A stretch of 21,595 bases of DNA from an uncultured Deinococcaceae bacterium (GCA_964252075.1 CAXULY010000065.1:1-21595), one strand, 5' to 3'. Positions 1 through 9,791 are shown, counted from the first letter of the stretch. Program-made: numbers and translations. The notes: a model not told the origin generated them from the sequence alone.

Positions 1-272
1 CTTCGACCACCGAGCCACCCTACTGCCCAGTCGTGAAACAACCTCTAAGTCCCAGCGGTCTGCGGGCCAGCCAGCGGCGTCACGGGAGGTCGTCTGTGCC
101 CAGTGCGCGAGGGCGTGGTGAGCGTGGTGAACCCTTCCAGGCTGATCAGGCCACGAGGAGCGAGTTCCGCTCAACGTCGGGGGAACAATTTGACCAGCGG
201 CCCCACCCGCACAGCCTCACCGTGGCCCTGTGAATCACCGGAGTGCGCCACAGGCCCCTCAGAAGGGACCGG

Positions 273-497
273 TCAGTTCGATTTCACATCGTGCTGGAAC
301 ATCTGATCGATGGCCTGATCCGCGGCCTTCAGGTACTCAGCGGCGCCCTTCTCGCCCATCCCGAAATCACTCAGGTACAGGCCCACCTGCATCAGGGCGC
401 GTTCCCGTGCCAGTTCCTGACTGGCGTGCGCGTGCAGCTCTGCCGAGTACCACAACGCCGCGAACTGCCGGATGTTGGCCCTGATGGTGGTGTCCAT
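273..497 (-). CDS. Small helical hypothetical protein (74 aa, MDTTIRANIRQFAALW...)
   Basis: GC3-biased frame; ATG at 497 lies 5 nt downstream of TATGGT (508-503), so the start was trimmed from the 575 ORF-track call. Confidence 0.7.
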   Translation of the reverse strand: MDTTIRANIRQFAALWYSAELHAHASQELARERALMQVGLYLSDFGMGEKGAAEYLKAADQAIDQMFQHDVKSN

Positions 498-996
498 GCT
501 CCACCATAGGCTTCCGCGCCGCACCGGGAAGCGCGGCCGGAACAGTTGGCCGTCTCCACCCCGTGGAGGAGCCACTCAGGCGCTCCGGGCGGCGCGCGTC
601 CAAAGTCCCACCAGCGCTTTGAACGGCATCGGAGTGCGCCTCTGTGCTGTAGTTGATTCCTGTTCGTTCCACGCTTCAGTTCGTCCTCAGTGTCTTCTTC
701 GAGTGGCGGGGCGGACACCAGGGCTATCCCGCCGGGCGACCAGCGGAGGGTCCCGCACGCCAGTCCAGGCCGTCAGGCGATCACCAAGGCTCCGTCTCAC
801 CACCACACTTCCAGCGTCGCGGACCTTCTGGACTGGACAGGAGCCCTGACGCGGCCGTACCGTGAGCCGAAGACCGGCCTTGCCGAAGTGCGGCGCCCAG
901 GGTCCGCTGAACCCATTCCGGTTCAGGGTGCACTGAACTCGGATACCTGTGCGGCCGCATCGTTGGGCGCGGCCACGCCGCGCGGGAGGGACACAC

Positions 997-1284
997 ATGA
1001 GCGAAATCAACAGCACCAACGTCTTCAGCCTGCCGATTGGCGCCCCGCTGCTGGACCTCAGCGGTGCCGAAGTCGCGCACCTGGAGGGCGTGAGCGAACA
1101 GTCCGTCCGCGTGCGGTACGCCGAGGACGGGCACCTTCAGGACTTCCCACTGGACGGCGTGGTGTGGCAGGACGGGCGGTTGACCCTCATCACCGGGCGG
1201 GACACGCCCGCAGCGCCTCAGGCGGACGCGGTGGAGGAGGCGGACGAGGAGTCCTTCCCCGCCAGCGACCCACCCGCCTACTAA
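997..1284 (+). CDS. Small protein (95 aa): PRC-barrel/DUF2171-like N-terminal region plus acidic C-terminal EESFPASDPP motif
   Basis: GGGAGGG RBS at 984-990 before ATG 997; good codon bias; ends VEEADEESFPASDPPAY; domain resemblance is by eye. Confidence 0.75.
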   Translation: MSEINSTNVFSLPIGAPLLDLSGAEVAHLEGVSEQSVRVRYAEDGHLQDFPLDGVVWQDGRLTLITGRDTPAAPQADAVEEADEESFPASDPPAY

Positions 1285-1551
1285 GGCATCGCGGTGCGCT
1301 GGTCCAGACTGCTGGAGTCGCGCAGGCTGGCGTCACCGCGTGCGACCGCGGGCGCGCTGGTCGTCTCCGGTGACTGAATTGGAGTGGGGCTGAGCGCACC
1401 GGTCACCATCCGGTGAACCCCCTGCTTGGGTGGTAGCGCCTCACCCCACGATCGCCTGCGAGAAGCCACGGGGCGAGCGTCCGCAGGCTTGGTCCGGGCC
1501 ACTTCCACTCAGCTCCGCTCGTGTGGCGTGGGCCAGCACCTATGGCACGCG

Positions 1552-1806
1552 TCAGTCGGCCGCGTAATTCACGGGGCGGCCCCACTGCTCTTTCATGGTC
1601 TTCAGGTTGGGCCGCAGCGGTTTTGCCAGGACACAGGGCGCGTTGTGCCCGGTCCACGGCAATGACGCGACGACCAGGTAGCTTCGCCGCCCCACCTGGA
1701 GGGTTTCCAGCATCCGCGGTTCGCGTTCGTCGGGCGCCAGGCGCAACACGCACAACTCCACGAGGGGGTCGAGCGCCTCAACCCTGATCACCTTCACGGG
1801 ACGCAT
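1552..1806 (-). CDS. Small hypothetical protein (84 aa, MRPVKVIRVEALDP...)
   Basis: ATG 1806 is 5 nt after TACTGT (1817-1812); GC3-biased beta-rich sequence. Confidence 0.6.
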   Translation of the reverse strand: MRPVKVIRVEALDPLVELCVLRLAPDEREPRMLETLQVGRRSYLVVASLPWTGHNAPCVLAKPLRPNLKTMKEQWGRPVNYAAD

Positions 1807-2454
1807 GCTCCACAGTAATGAGCCCTGAACGCAGCAGTATGGGGCCCACATAAAGCGCGTTGAAGGTTCTTGCAGGTCCACCATGAGGCAGCCATTGTGA
1901 GGGGTGCCGCCCGTTGACGCGCACTCCAGCGGCGGCGCCTGGTGTTCGTGGTTGCGGCTCTCGCCATTTTGCGTAGAGGCCGACGCTCGATCTGCCAGAT
2001 GCCGTCGAGCATCACGTCGGACCGCAACCACATTTATTCCCGGGTGTGTTCAGGGCCCTCCACCCTGCCCTGGCAGAGCTTCACGATTGCCGTCACGCGT
2101 TCCACCGAGCCATTGGTGCTTCGTGCAGACCAGGACCCAGCAGCGCCTCCTCGGCATGCTGAACGGGTGACTGCGGTTATTCGTCGGCCAGCGTGTTCTT
2201 GCAGCAGGCGCCGCCGTCCATGCAGAAGGCGGACCTGAGACCGACCGGCTCGCGGTTGATGCGCTGCACCTCACGCAAGCGTTCCGCGTTTCACCCGCGA
2301 CTCAGTGCCATGGCAGTCCCAGATTCAGTCGCGTCTCGACGACCGTGCTGCTGCCGCGCAGTGGTCGTTCACGGCGATGGTTGCTGGGCACACGTGGATG
2401 GTCGCCTTGTACCTCACCTGCCTTGTGTGCCGATGGTGCGGCGGGCGCGTCACT

Positions 2455-3501
2455 TCACCGTGGGTTGTCCCCTTCGTCCTGCAGGATGCTGGTCTCACTC
2501 ATGCGGCGGTTGCGGAGCGCCAGTTCCGTCACCTGCTGGATGCGGTCCTCCAGTTCATCCACTTGATCCAGGAACCGCTGGCCGCTGCGCTCGTCTCCCA
2601 CCTCCTGGTAGTGCCGCGCGAGGCGCCGCAGCATGATCTCCGCTTCCTCCAGCGAGCGCAGCAGCTGGTACGCCTGGTTCTCGTTGTCCTTGGTGATGTC
2701 GCCCAGCAGGCTGTCCGCGCTGTAGGCGTGCCCGGTGTGACAGCGGTACCGCAGGATGCGACCCTCCCGGATCTCCACGAGCGACCCGTGACACTCCGGG
2801 CAGGTGAGGTACGTGGCCTGCCCGAGTTCCAGCACCCCCCGGTGGAACGCCCGTTCGTTCCGGGCGATCTCCGTCTCCACCTTGAGTCGGCGCAGTTCCT
2901 CTTCCTCCATGGGCTTCACCTCCTTCGCGGGCCGCGCCTCGCGCACCAGCCGGTCGAGCAGCGCCCCGAGGTCACGCAGCGGCACGACGTGATCCACCGT
3001 GAGGTGCGCGAGGGCGCTTCTGGGCATGCTGTCGAATTCGGCGTCCAGCGGGTCCTGCACGACCGTGACGCCGCCCCGCTGCTGAATGGTCCACAGGCCG
3101 CTGGTGCCATCGCCCAGCAGGCCGGTCAGCACCACCCCCACCACGTCCGAACTGCGGGTGTACGCAGCGGAGCGGAACAGCGCGTCGATGCTGGGCCGGT
3201 GCCGGTTCTCCGGTGGGCCCTTGGTCGCCTCGATGTGATCGCCGTCGATGTGCAGGTGATGGTCGGGCGGCGCGACGTACACCCGCCCCGCGCGCAGTTC
3301 CTCCCGCCCGCTGGGGTGCTGAGCGGGCAGGGGTCCGGATCGGCTGAGGATGCCGGGCAGCAGGCTGGGGGCGTCGGCCGCGAGGTGCAGGACGACGCCG
3401 ATGGCCGCTGGGAAGTCGGGGGGCAGTTGACCCATGAGGGCCTGGAGGGCGGTCACCCCGCCGGCCGATGTCCCAATGACGACGAGGGGAACAGGCGACA
3501 T
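2455..3501 (-). CDS. cheB: CheB-type protein-glutamate methylesterase without receiver domain, with C-terminal CPECHG...YRCHTGH extension
   Basis: GTSAGG (Ser), VVLHL (His), LTGLLGDG (Asp), RPSIDALFRSAA, QDP..AEFDSMP motifs; TACTGT 5 nt before ATG. Confidence 0.9.
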   Translation of the reverse strand: MSPVPLVVIGTSAGGVTALQALMGQLPPDFPAAIGVVLHLAADAPSLLPGILSRSGPLPAQHPSGREELRAGRVYVAPPDHHLHIDGDHIEATKGPPENRHRPSIDALFRSAAYTRSSDVVGVVLTGLLGDGTSGLWTIQQRGGVTVVQDPLDAEFDSMPRSALAHLTVDHVVPLRDLGALLDRLVREARPAKEVKPMEEEELRRLKVETEIARNERAFHRGVLELGQATYLTCPECHGSLVEIREGRILRYRCHTGHAYSADSLLGDITKDNENQAYQLLRSLEEAEIMLRRLARHYQEVGDERSGQRFLDQVDELEDRIQQVTELALRNRRMSETSILQDEGDNPR

Positions 3502-3626
3502 CCCTCACAGTACGTGCCGCTGCGAGACGAGGGATGTGAAGGAACCGTACGCGAACAGAAGGCCGCCGACACGCCGCACGGGGGTTCCGGCAGGAGCAGC
3601 GCGAGTCCAAACGACCGGCTCCGCAG

Positions 3627-3664
3627 GGGCTTCTTCACACCACCCCCCGTGGTTGCTGAAGCCC
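3627..3664 (-). terminator. Hairpin downstream of the 3761-4201 gene, possible terminator
   Basis: GGGCTTC...ACCAC-ccccc-GTGGT...GAAGCCC nested inverted repeat; no clear U tract. Confidence 0.35.
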
Positions 3665-3760
3665 AGTCGAGCACAACGGGTCAGGCGGGGGACGTGGCAC
3701 ACCGTGCCCTACAGGCGAGGTGATTGCACGTGCGTGGGCGCATGCCTCTGCGATGAGCCT

Positions 3761-4201
3761 TCAGTGCTGACCGTGGTGATCGGTCCTGGACACCCAGCGG
3801 GCAGGGTTCACCTGGTACTCGAAGGCCGCGCTGACCTGGCGGGCGCCCGACGCGGTGTACAGCTGAAAGGTGACGGCTCTCGGTCCGGCGTAGCGCAGGA
3901 GGCGTCCGGCGTGTTCCGGGGCGCGGCTGTTCTCCGCGAAGGCCCGCAACTCCGCCTCGTGCAGGACCGGCAGGGGCTCCCCGGAGACGAGTTCCATGTA
4001 CACCTTCAGGTCAAGGCGCATGTCGGGCACCTGCGGGTTCTGGATGGTCACGCGCGTGAGGATCGCCTCGCCGGGCAGGAGGGACAGCAGGTGCAGCGTC
4101 GAACCTGCAATCTCATCGGTGGTCGCGTCGTACTGGGAGAGCAGGAGCACGCCCGAGCTTTCCGCCACGATGCGCGTCGTGAACGCCGGTGTGTTCGTCA
4201 T
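3761..4201 (-). CDS. Hypothetical protein (146 aa, MTNTPAFTTRIVAE...)
   Basis: Strong GC3 bias; ATG 4201 is 5 nt after TAAGCT (4212-4207); no family recognised. Confidence 0.75.
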   Translation of the reverse strand: MTNTPAFTTRIVAESSGVLLLSQYDATTDEIAGSTLHLLSLLPGEAILTRVTIQNPQVPDMRLDLKVYMELVSGEPLPVLHEAELRAFAENSRAPEHAGRLLRYAGPRAVTFQLYTASGARQVSAAFEYQVNPARWVSRTDHHGQH

Positions 4202-4843
4202 GCACCAGCTTATGCTGCGGATCACGCCGGGCGTGCAGGTGCGGTGCAGTCGGCGGAACACACGCGTCTTCATCGGTCATTGCGTTGTGCCGCGGCCGCA
4301 CGGAGCAAGCGAATCGTGCGGCCCTTGCGGTGCCTTCGGCCTTCCATCAATGAGCGGTGAGCCATGGTGAGGAGACACTTTCAAAGGTGTTCAGCCAGTT
4401 GTCGTCAATGCGTTTCGCTGATCTCACAACGTCCCTCATATTGGGGCAGATTTGCCCACCTGCCCGAACACGAACGTAGGGTCGCGCATTCTCGGGCCGT
4501 GGGCGTGCTGACCAGAGCCTGCAGCGTTGTGCCATAGACGGGCCGCTCCTTTCCATTCACTCCTGAGCAACGGGCTTGAGCGAGGAACGCACGTTTTACT
4601 CCGCCTCCGAGAACCTGTTGGCGTCGGTGACACAGGTACACAACCCTGAACTGAACAAGCGCTGTTCGCTGTTGCTCGGAAGCCGCTTTGAGGAATCTGC
4701 AGCAGTTTTATGGATGATCGCGCTCGACGCGCGGTTCCATGCAATGCGCCCGCAGCGCTTAAAGCGAAGGTGCGATTGCCAATCTGATCGGCCATAGCGA
4801 GGCGGGGAGCGCCGGCTCGGACTTCCAACGCGACACTGGGCTC

Positions 4844-4880
4844 TATCACGAACGCGTTCGTAACGAACGCGTTCGTGATA
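4844..4880. promoter_or_regulatory. Putative TetR operator: 37-bp perfect palindrome containing two tandem ACGAACGCGTTCGT 14-bp palindromes
   Basis: TATCACGAACGCGTTCGT-A-ACGAACGCGTTCGTGATA, overlapping the extended -10 TGaTACGAT (4876-4884) of the tetR-like gene. Confidence 0.85.
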
Positions 4881-4890
4881 CGATGGCGTT

Positions 4891-5595
4891 GTGCGAAACC
4901 TCCCTTCAACCCGAAGTCGCCGCGAGCGGCCAGCCAAACCCGCGCTCAGCCGCGCCGCCATCGTCACTGCCGCCCTGGAGCTCCTCCACACGCAGACGCT
5001 CGAGAAGGTGACGCTGCGCGGCGTCGCGGCCGCCCTCGACACGGGCGCTGCCTCCCTGTACGTCTACATCCGCAACACCGAGGACCTGCATGCTGCGATG
5101 CTCGAAGCGCTCCTCGAGGGCGTCGCGGCGTCCGTCCCGAACACCGGACCTTGGGACGACCGCCTCGTCGCCCTCCTCATCACGTACACCGAAGTCCTCT
5201 TCGCGCACCCAGGTCTCGCACGCATGACGCTGTTCACGCAGCCGTCCGGACCGCATTACTTCGCGGTCGTCGAACGCCTCCTCGCCCTGCTGCAGGAGGG
5301 CGGCGTGACACCCATGAACGCCGCCTGGGGTGTGGACGTGCTGCTGCAGGTCGCCACCGCCACGGCAGCCGAGCAGGGCGCGCGCCACACGGACGACGAA
5401 TCGGGGACCGCGATGTCCGCAATGTTCCTGAACATCGCCACCGCCGACCCCACCACGTACCCGCACATCAGCGCCCTGCGCGACGAACTCCTGTCCGGCG
5501 GCCCCCCCCGCCTCAACTGGCAACTGCGCGCGCTCATCGCCGGGATCCGCACGGCATCCCAACCGACCCACCCTCACCCGGGAGCTGACGCATGA
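4891..5595 (+). CDS. TetR/AcrR family transcriptional regulator with TetR_C-like C-terminal domain
   Basis: LSRAAIVTAALELL...VTLRGVAAALDTGAASLYVYIRNTEDL HTH; GTG 6 nt after TACGAT; ATGA overlap with the next gene. Confidence 0.92.
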   Translation: MRNLPSTRSRRERPAKPALSRAAIVTAALELLHTQTLEKVTLRGVAAALDTGAASLYVYIRNTEDLHAAMLEALLEGVAASVPNTGPWDDRLVALLITYTEVLFAHPGLARMTLFTQPSGPHYFAVVERLLALLQEGGVTPMNAAWGVDVLLQVATATAAEQGARHTDDESGTAMSAMFLNIATADPTTYPHISALRDELLSGGPPRLNWQLRALIAGIRTASQPTHPHPGADA

Positions 5596-6743
5596 CCCCA
5601 CACCACCCCATCGCCATCGTCGGCGCCGGGCTCGGCGGCCTCACCCTCGCCCGCATCCTGCACGTCCACGGCGTCCAAGCTGCCGTCTTCGACCTCGACG
5701 CTTCCGCCACCGCCCGACCGCAAGGCGGCATGCTCGACCTGCACCAAGACTCCGGTCAGGCCGCCCTGAGGGACGCCCAGCTGTTCGACGCGTTCCAGGC
5801 CGTCATCTACGTGGGGGGTGACGCGATGCGGATCCTCGACCAGCACGGCACGGTCCTCATGGCCGATGAAGGCGACGGCGCCAGACCCGAAGTCAGCCGC
5901 CGCGACCTGCGCGACCTGCTGCTCGGCGCGCTGCCGGGTGACGCCGTCCGCTGGAACTCGAAGGCCACCGCCATTCGCGCGCTCGGCGGTGGGCGGCACC
6001 ACGTGACGCTGGCGGACGGCTCGTCCTTCACCACCGACCTCCTGATCGGGGCGGATGGCGCGTGGTCGCGGGTGCGTCCGCTGGTTTCATCCGCGACGCC
6101 CACGTATTCGGGCGTCACGTTCATAGAGACCCGCCTGCTGGACGCCAGAACCCGCCACCCGGAAACGGCGGCGTTGGTGGGGGACGGCTTCACCTTCGCA
6201 CTGTCGGAAGGAAGGGGCATCATCACGCACGGTGAACCGGGTGATCGGCTGGAAGCCTACGTTGCCCTGCGGGTCCCCGAGGACTGGGCGCGCCGCGTTG
6301 ACTTCACCGACACCGAACGCGTGAAGCTGGCGCTGCTTGAGCAGTTCACGGGCTGGGATGAGCGGCTCCTCGCCTTCATTACGCACGTGGATGGGGCGTT
6401 TGCTCCCCGACCCATTCACGCCCTGCCGGTGGGTCACCGCTGGGCCCGCACGCCCGGCGTGACGCTGCTGGGTGACGCCGCGCACCTGATGTCCCCATTC
6501 GCCGGGGAGGGCGCAAACCTCGCCATGCAGGACGGCGCCGAGCTGGCTCGGGCGCTCATAGCACGCCCCGACGACATCGAGGCGGCCCTCGCCGTGTACG
6601 AGGCGGCGCTGTTCGCGCGCGTTGAGGGGGCCGCAGCGGAATCCGCGGCGAACCTGGAACTGGCCTTCAGGGCGGATGCGCCGTGGGGCATGCTGAACTT
6701 GATGACGCAGCTCAAGAAGGAAGCGCAGGAGCAGCCCGGTTGA
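5592..6743 (+). CDS. TetX-like FAD-dependent monooxygenase (383 aa)
   Basis: GAGLGG FAD motif, GGMLDLHQDSGQAAL, PEVSRRDLRDLL, DLLIGADGAWSRVR, GDAAHLMSPFAGEGAN; these segments parallel the Tet(X) family; GGAG RBS at 5581. Confidence 0.9.
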   Translation: MTPHHPIAIVGAGLGGLTLARILHVHGVQAAVFDLDASATARPQGGMLDLHQDSGQAALRDAQLFDAFQAVIYVGGDAMRILDQHGTVLMADEGDGARPEVSRRDLRDLLLGALPGDAVRWNSKATAIRALGGGRHHVTLADGSSFTTDLLIGADGAWSRVRPLVSSATPTYSGVTFIETRLLDARTRHPETAALVGDGFTFALSEGRGIITHGEPGDRLEAYVALRVPEDWARRVDFTDTERVKLALLEQFTGWDERLLAFITHVDGAFAPRPIHALPVGHRWARTPGVTLLGDAAHLMSPFAGEGANLAMQDGAELARALIARPDDIEAALAVYEAALFARVEGAAAESAANLELAFRADAPWGMLNLMTQLKKEAQEQPG

Positions 6744-7365
6744 ACCTCTTGCATGTCCTCAGGCACAACCGCGCGTGGCTGGCCCACCCGGTTTGGAACG
6801 AGCGGGCCGCACCGCGACAGAACCGGGCGCTCAGGTGTGGTCGAGTGCCGAGAACCCTCAACTCGGCGTGGTGTCCAGCGCGCACGGCCCCCTCCCTCAG
6901 CGGCGCACGGATGCTGCTCCTCCCGTCTGCATCCTGAATGCAAGTGATGCGGCACGCCCGTTGAGGTTGAGCAGCGCAACTCCAGCTTACTGGAGCGGGA
7001 TCGGCAGGAGGGTGTTCCGTCAACCTGCAAGTCCCCGCCGTGCAACCATTTCCCCTTATGCGAGAAGCCGAGACAGGATGAGCGCGTACATAGCGTGATG
7101 CCGTGTCATTGGGAAACTCGGGATGGTGGTGCAGGCGAGGAAAATCATTCGGGCGCGTGAACCACGTATAGCCCTCCGCAATCAGCCGGGCGCCGGTTCG
7201 GGCGCTCTTAGCCCTGTAGTGCACGCGATGGAAGCCGATCATGCTGGCGAGCCCTCGTCTCGACAGGGTATTAGCCTGCCGCCCTCCGCCAGGCGCCGCG
7301 TGGTCCAAGCGAGGAGAACCACACGCGCCTTCGCCGATGCCCGAACGACCAGCGGTGAACTGCCG

Positions 7366-7785
7366 TTATTGCCGCACGAGGCGCGCGTGCTGCCAGTAGG
7401 TGAGCAGCGCATCCACCAGCTTCTGCAGGTCATCGAGGTGTGCTGGTTTCACCATGACGGCGTTCGCCTGCGCGGCGTACGAGCGCGCGATGTCGGCGTC
7501 CCGGTCGGAGGTCGTGAGGATCAGCACGGGAATCACCTGCCACGCCGGATGACTCTTCAGGGCGTGCAGCACCTCGAAGCCGGTCATGCCCGGCATGTTG
7601 AGGTCCAGCACGATCAGGTCGGTGGGCGTCCCTGCGCGCAGCAGGTCCATCGCGGCGTCACCAGTCGAGGCGGTCAGCAGCTCAATGTGGTGTCCGTGCA
7701 CCTCGAAGGCGAAGCGGAGCAAGGTCAGATCCGCCTGTGAGTCGTCGATCAACAGGACGCGGAGGGGCATAGAACTGCGGGTCAT
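7366..7785 (-). CDS. Single-domain response regulator receiver (Rcp1-like)
   Basis: LLIDDS, LDLNMP (phospho-Asp), LTTS..DI..SY...AN, KP motifs; TAGAAT at 7800-7795; alternative start ATG 7770. Confidence 0.9.
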   Translation of the reverse strand: MTRSSMPLRVLLIDDSQADLTLLRFAFEVHGHHIELLTASTGDAAMDLLRAGTPTDLIVLDLNMPGMTGFEVLHALKSHPAWQVIPVLILTTSDRDADIARSYAAQANAVMVKPAHLDDLQKLVDALLTYWQHARLVRQ

Positions 7786-8123
7786 GGCGGGTTGATTCTA
7801 GCGGCGCGTGGCTCGCAACTGGACCACCTGTGCGCAAAGCCGGCGCATGTCGGGCGTCGAAACTAAGCGCGACCCAGGCAGACCACCCGGCAGCACGACT
7901 ACATTGCCTGCAAGGCGCAAAGCGGGCGGCGCTGGAATGAGGCATGAGCCGCCTGGTGCACGCCGGTAGAAGGCTGGGATGAGGTGTTCCGCGTGTGGTG
8001 AGGGTGGAGTCGGCCGACCCCGCCATGTTTCCGATGGGCACAAGCTTCCCGGCTGGTGCTTGGACAACCTGAACGCCATGGGTGTGGGGTGCAAGAGCCG
8101 TGTCATGGGTCGTGTGGCACCGT

Positions 8124-8354
8124 ATGGGTGTGCAGTCCTCCGTCACCCGCTACATCTGGCGCTGGCAGGCCCACGCCACGCGGGGTGCCGTCATCGTGAG
8201 CCTGAAAGTGAACGCCCCGACCTTCAAGGTGGGCGACGAGGTGCTGATTGCCATGCAGCCCTTCGATGTGATTCAGGTCGTTTCAAATGCGGACGCCATG
8301 AGCGGCCAGACGATCGTGGTGCGTCACCGTGCGGACTCTCCTGTTGTGGCTTGA
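8124..8354 (+). CDS. Small hypothetical beta-rich protein (~76 aa; alternative GTG start 8196)
   Basis: Protein-like segment SLKVNAPTFKVGDEVLIAMQPFDVIQVV with good codon bias; followed by a hairpin; start uncertain. Confidence 0.45.
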   Translation: MGVQSSVTRYIWRWQAHATRGAVIVSLKVNAPTFKVGDEVLIAMQPFDVIQVVSNADAMSGQTIVVRHRADSPVVA

Positions 8355-8361
8355 CGTCTGG

Positions 8362-8399
8362 ACGTGGGGGCGCAGCCGTGACACCCACGGCGCTCACGT
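8362..8399. terminator. Hairpin between convergent genes, possible bidirectional terminator
   Basis: GCCGTG-acacc-CACGGC core with outer ACGTG/CACGT pairing. Confidence 0.4.
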
Positions 8400-8449
8400 A
8401 CGGTCACTGCCTCCCAGCAAGTCCACCACAACTAAACGCTCTTCCACGT

Positions 8450-8992
8450 TCACACTGTGGTGGGCGCGTAGGTGAGGAGCACCGTTCCGCCGCCCAGTTC
8501 CCTTGCGGACACGAGCCGCAGCGACAGTCGGCCCTCAGCAGAGAACAGGCGTTTGCCGCTCCCCAGGACCAGCGGGTAGATCAGCAGACGCACTTCGTCC
8601 ACCACGCCGCGCTGCAGGAGCGACCGGGCCAGGGTGCCGCTGCCATACATGAGGATGGTACCGCCCTCCTGATGCTTGAGCGCCATCACGGCCTCCGCCA
8701 CGTCCCCCTGGAGGGCGGTGGCGTTCCATTCGAGTGACGTCAGGGTGGTCGTGGCGACGTACTTGGGCAGGCTGTTCATGCGGTCGCCGAACGCTCCGGT
8801 GCCGGACGCCGTCGGCCAGTACGTCAGGAACTCCTCGTACGTCACGCGGCCCAGTAGGAGCGCGTCACTCTCGAAAAGCTCCTCGGTCTTGAAGGGGCCG
8901 TCATCAACCCCCGTGACCTCGCGCTGCCATGAGGATGGGTCTTCCATGACGCCGTCGAGGGTCAGGAATTCCGTCAAAACCACCTTGCGCAT
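8450..8992 (-). CDS. Dihydrofolate reductase family / RibD C-terminal domain protein (180 aa)
   Basis: MRKVVLTEFLTLDGV, LLLGRVTYE, KYVATTTL, GSGTLARSLL...VDEVRLLIYPLVLGSGKRLF; AAAGGGAG RBS. Confidence 0.92.
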   Translation of the reverse strand: MRKVVLTEFLTLDGVMEDPSSWQREVTGVDDGPFKTEELFESDALLLGRVTYEEFLTYWPTASGTGAFGDRMNSLPKYVATTTLTSLEWNATALQGDVAEAVMALKHQEGGTILMYGSGTLARSLLQRGVVDEVRLLIYPLVLGSGKRLFSAEGRLSLRLVSARELGGGTVLLTYAPTTV

Positions 8993-9080
8993 GTGCGCTC
9001 CCTTTGCTGCCACCCTAACCTCAGCTCGGGCCTTCGCGGCCGTGGTGCCTGCTGACTTTCGAGAGAACTCATCTCCGATG

Positions 9081-9437
9081 TCACCGCGTTTCACTGAGGC
9101 ACACCACGTGCCCGTCTGCGTCGCGGACGACCGCCATGTACTCACCCCACGGCTGCTGCATGGGAGGATCGATCACCACACCGCCCGCGGTCACCCAGCG
9201 GGCCACCACCGCATCCAGACCCGTCACGCCCAGACCGAGCGAAACCGACGTGTCGCTCGGGTGCGCTGACCGTTCGTGCAGCAGGATCTCCACTCCGTCC
9301 GCCGTGGCGAGCCAGGTGAAGCCCGGCGCAGTCTGGCGCACGTTCAGGCCGAGCAGTTGCTGGTAGAAACGCAGGGCGTCCGCGAGGTTCGCGACGGAGA
9401 CGATGACCCGAACCAGCGTGGGTGAGGGCATGGTCAT
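9081..9437 (-). CDS. VOC / glyoxalase-bleomycin resistance family protein (118 aa)
   Basis: VSVANLADALRFYQQLLG and P.QQPWGEYMAVVRDADGH motifs; TACGAT 5 nt before ATG 9437. Confidence 0.9.
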   Translation of the reverse strand: MTMPSPTLVRVIVSVANLADALRFYQQLLGLNVRQTAPGFTWLATADGVEILLHERSAHPSDTSVSLGLGVTGLDAVVARWVTAGGVVIDPPMQQPWGEYMAVVRDADGHVVCLSETR

Positions 9438-9791
9438 GCCTGATCGTACCCGTGATTTTGCTGGACGTAACCATACGGTGAGGGCCAGCCCAGGAGCGTT
9501 TGATCGCCACAAGGATGGACCCAGACAGCAGACACAACAGCCTGACTTTCGCGACTGGACTACAGGAATGAAACGCGCCAGTCCAGCATGCTGCGCGTAC
9601 CTCCTGTCGCTGCAATCCTGGTTCCCGTAGACGTTCTGAGCGACTTCGAGGAGCAACCCGACTGGCTTGCGCTGGTTCGGGCTCACCTGCTGGCGGGCTT
9701 CAGGCATCAGCGCTCAAGGCCAGGCTCCCCCGATGACGGTGCGGAAACGGGCGTGTCGATGATGGACCTGGACCGGTACCCAGGGGCGCGT

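Noticed and set aside
2305..3723. 472-aa plus-strand ORF, and similar long ORFs such as 3434-4360, 4906-5601, 11884-13158, 13133-14029, 15031-15816
   Set aside because: Antisense shadows of well-supported genes, expected in high-GC coding DNA; no family motifs.
4820..4836. 14/17 inverted match to 18123-18139, suggesting shared IS ends
   Set aside because: Matches of this quality are expected by chance across a 21-kb GC-rich window; no target duplication or transposase supports it.
4350..4840. Lower-GC spacer with short ORFs (4347-4556, 4576-4797)
   Set aside because: No codon bias, start signals or motifs; possibly foreign remnant DNA but not assignable.
7056..7072. TTATGCGAGAAGCCGAG (and TTACGCTGGGAAACCGA at 18059) as possible Deinococcus radiation-desiccation response motifs
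   Set aside because: Right halves are degenerate and neither sits at a clear promoter.
6750..7360. Long intergenic region with small stems (CTCCAG/CTGGAG; GCAGG/CCTGC), considered as ncRNA or riboswitch
   Set aside because: No recognisable RNA family motif; stems are short for this GC content. An Rfam scan would be needed.
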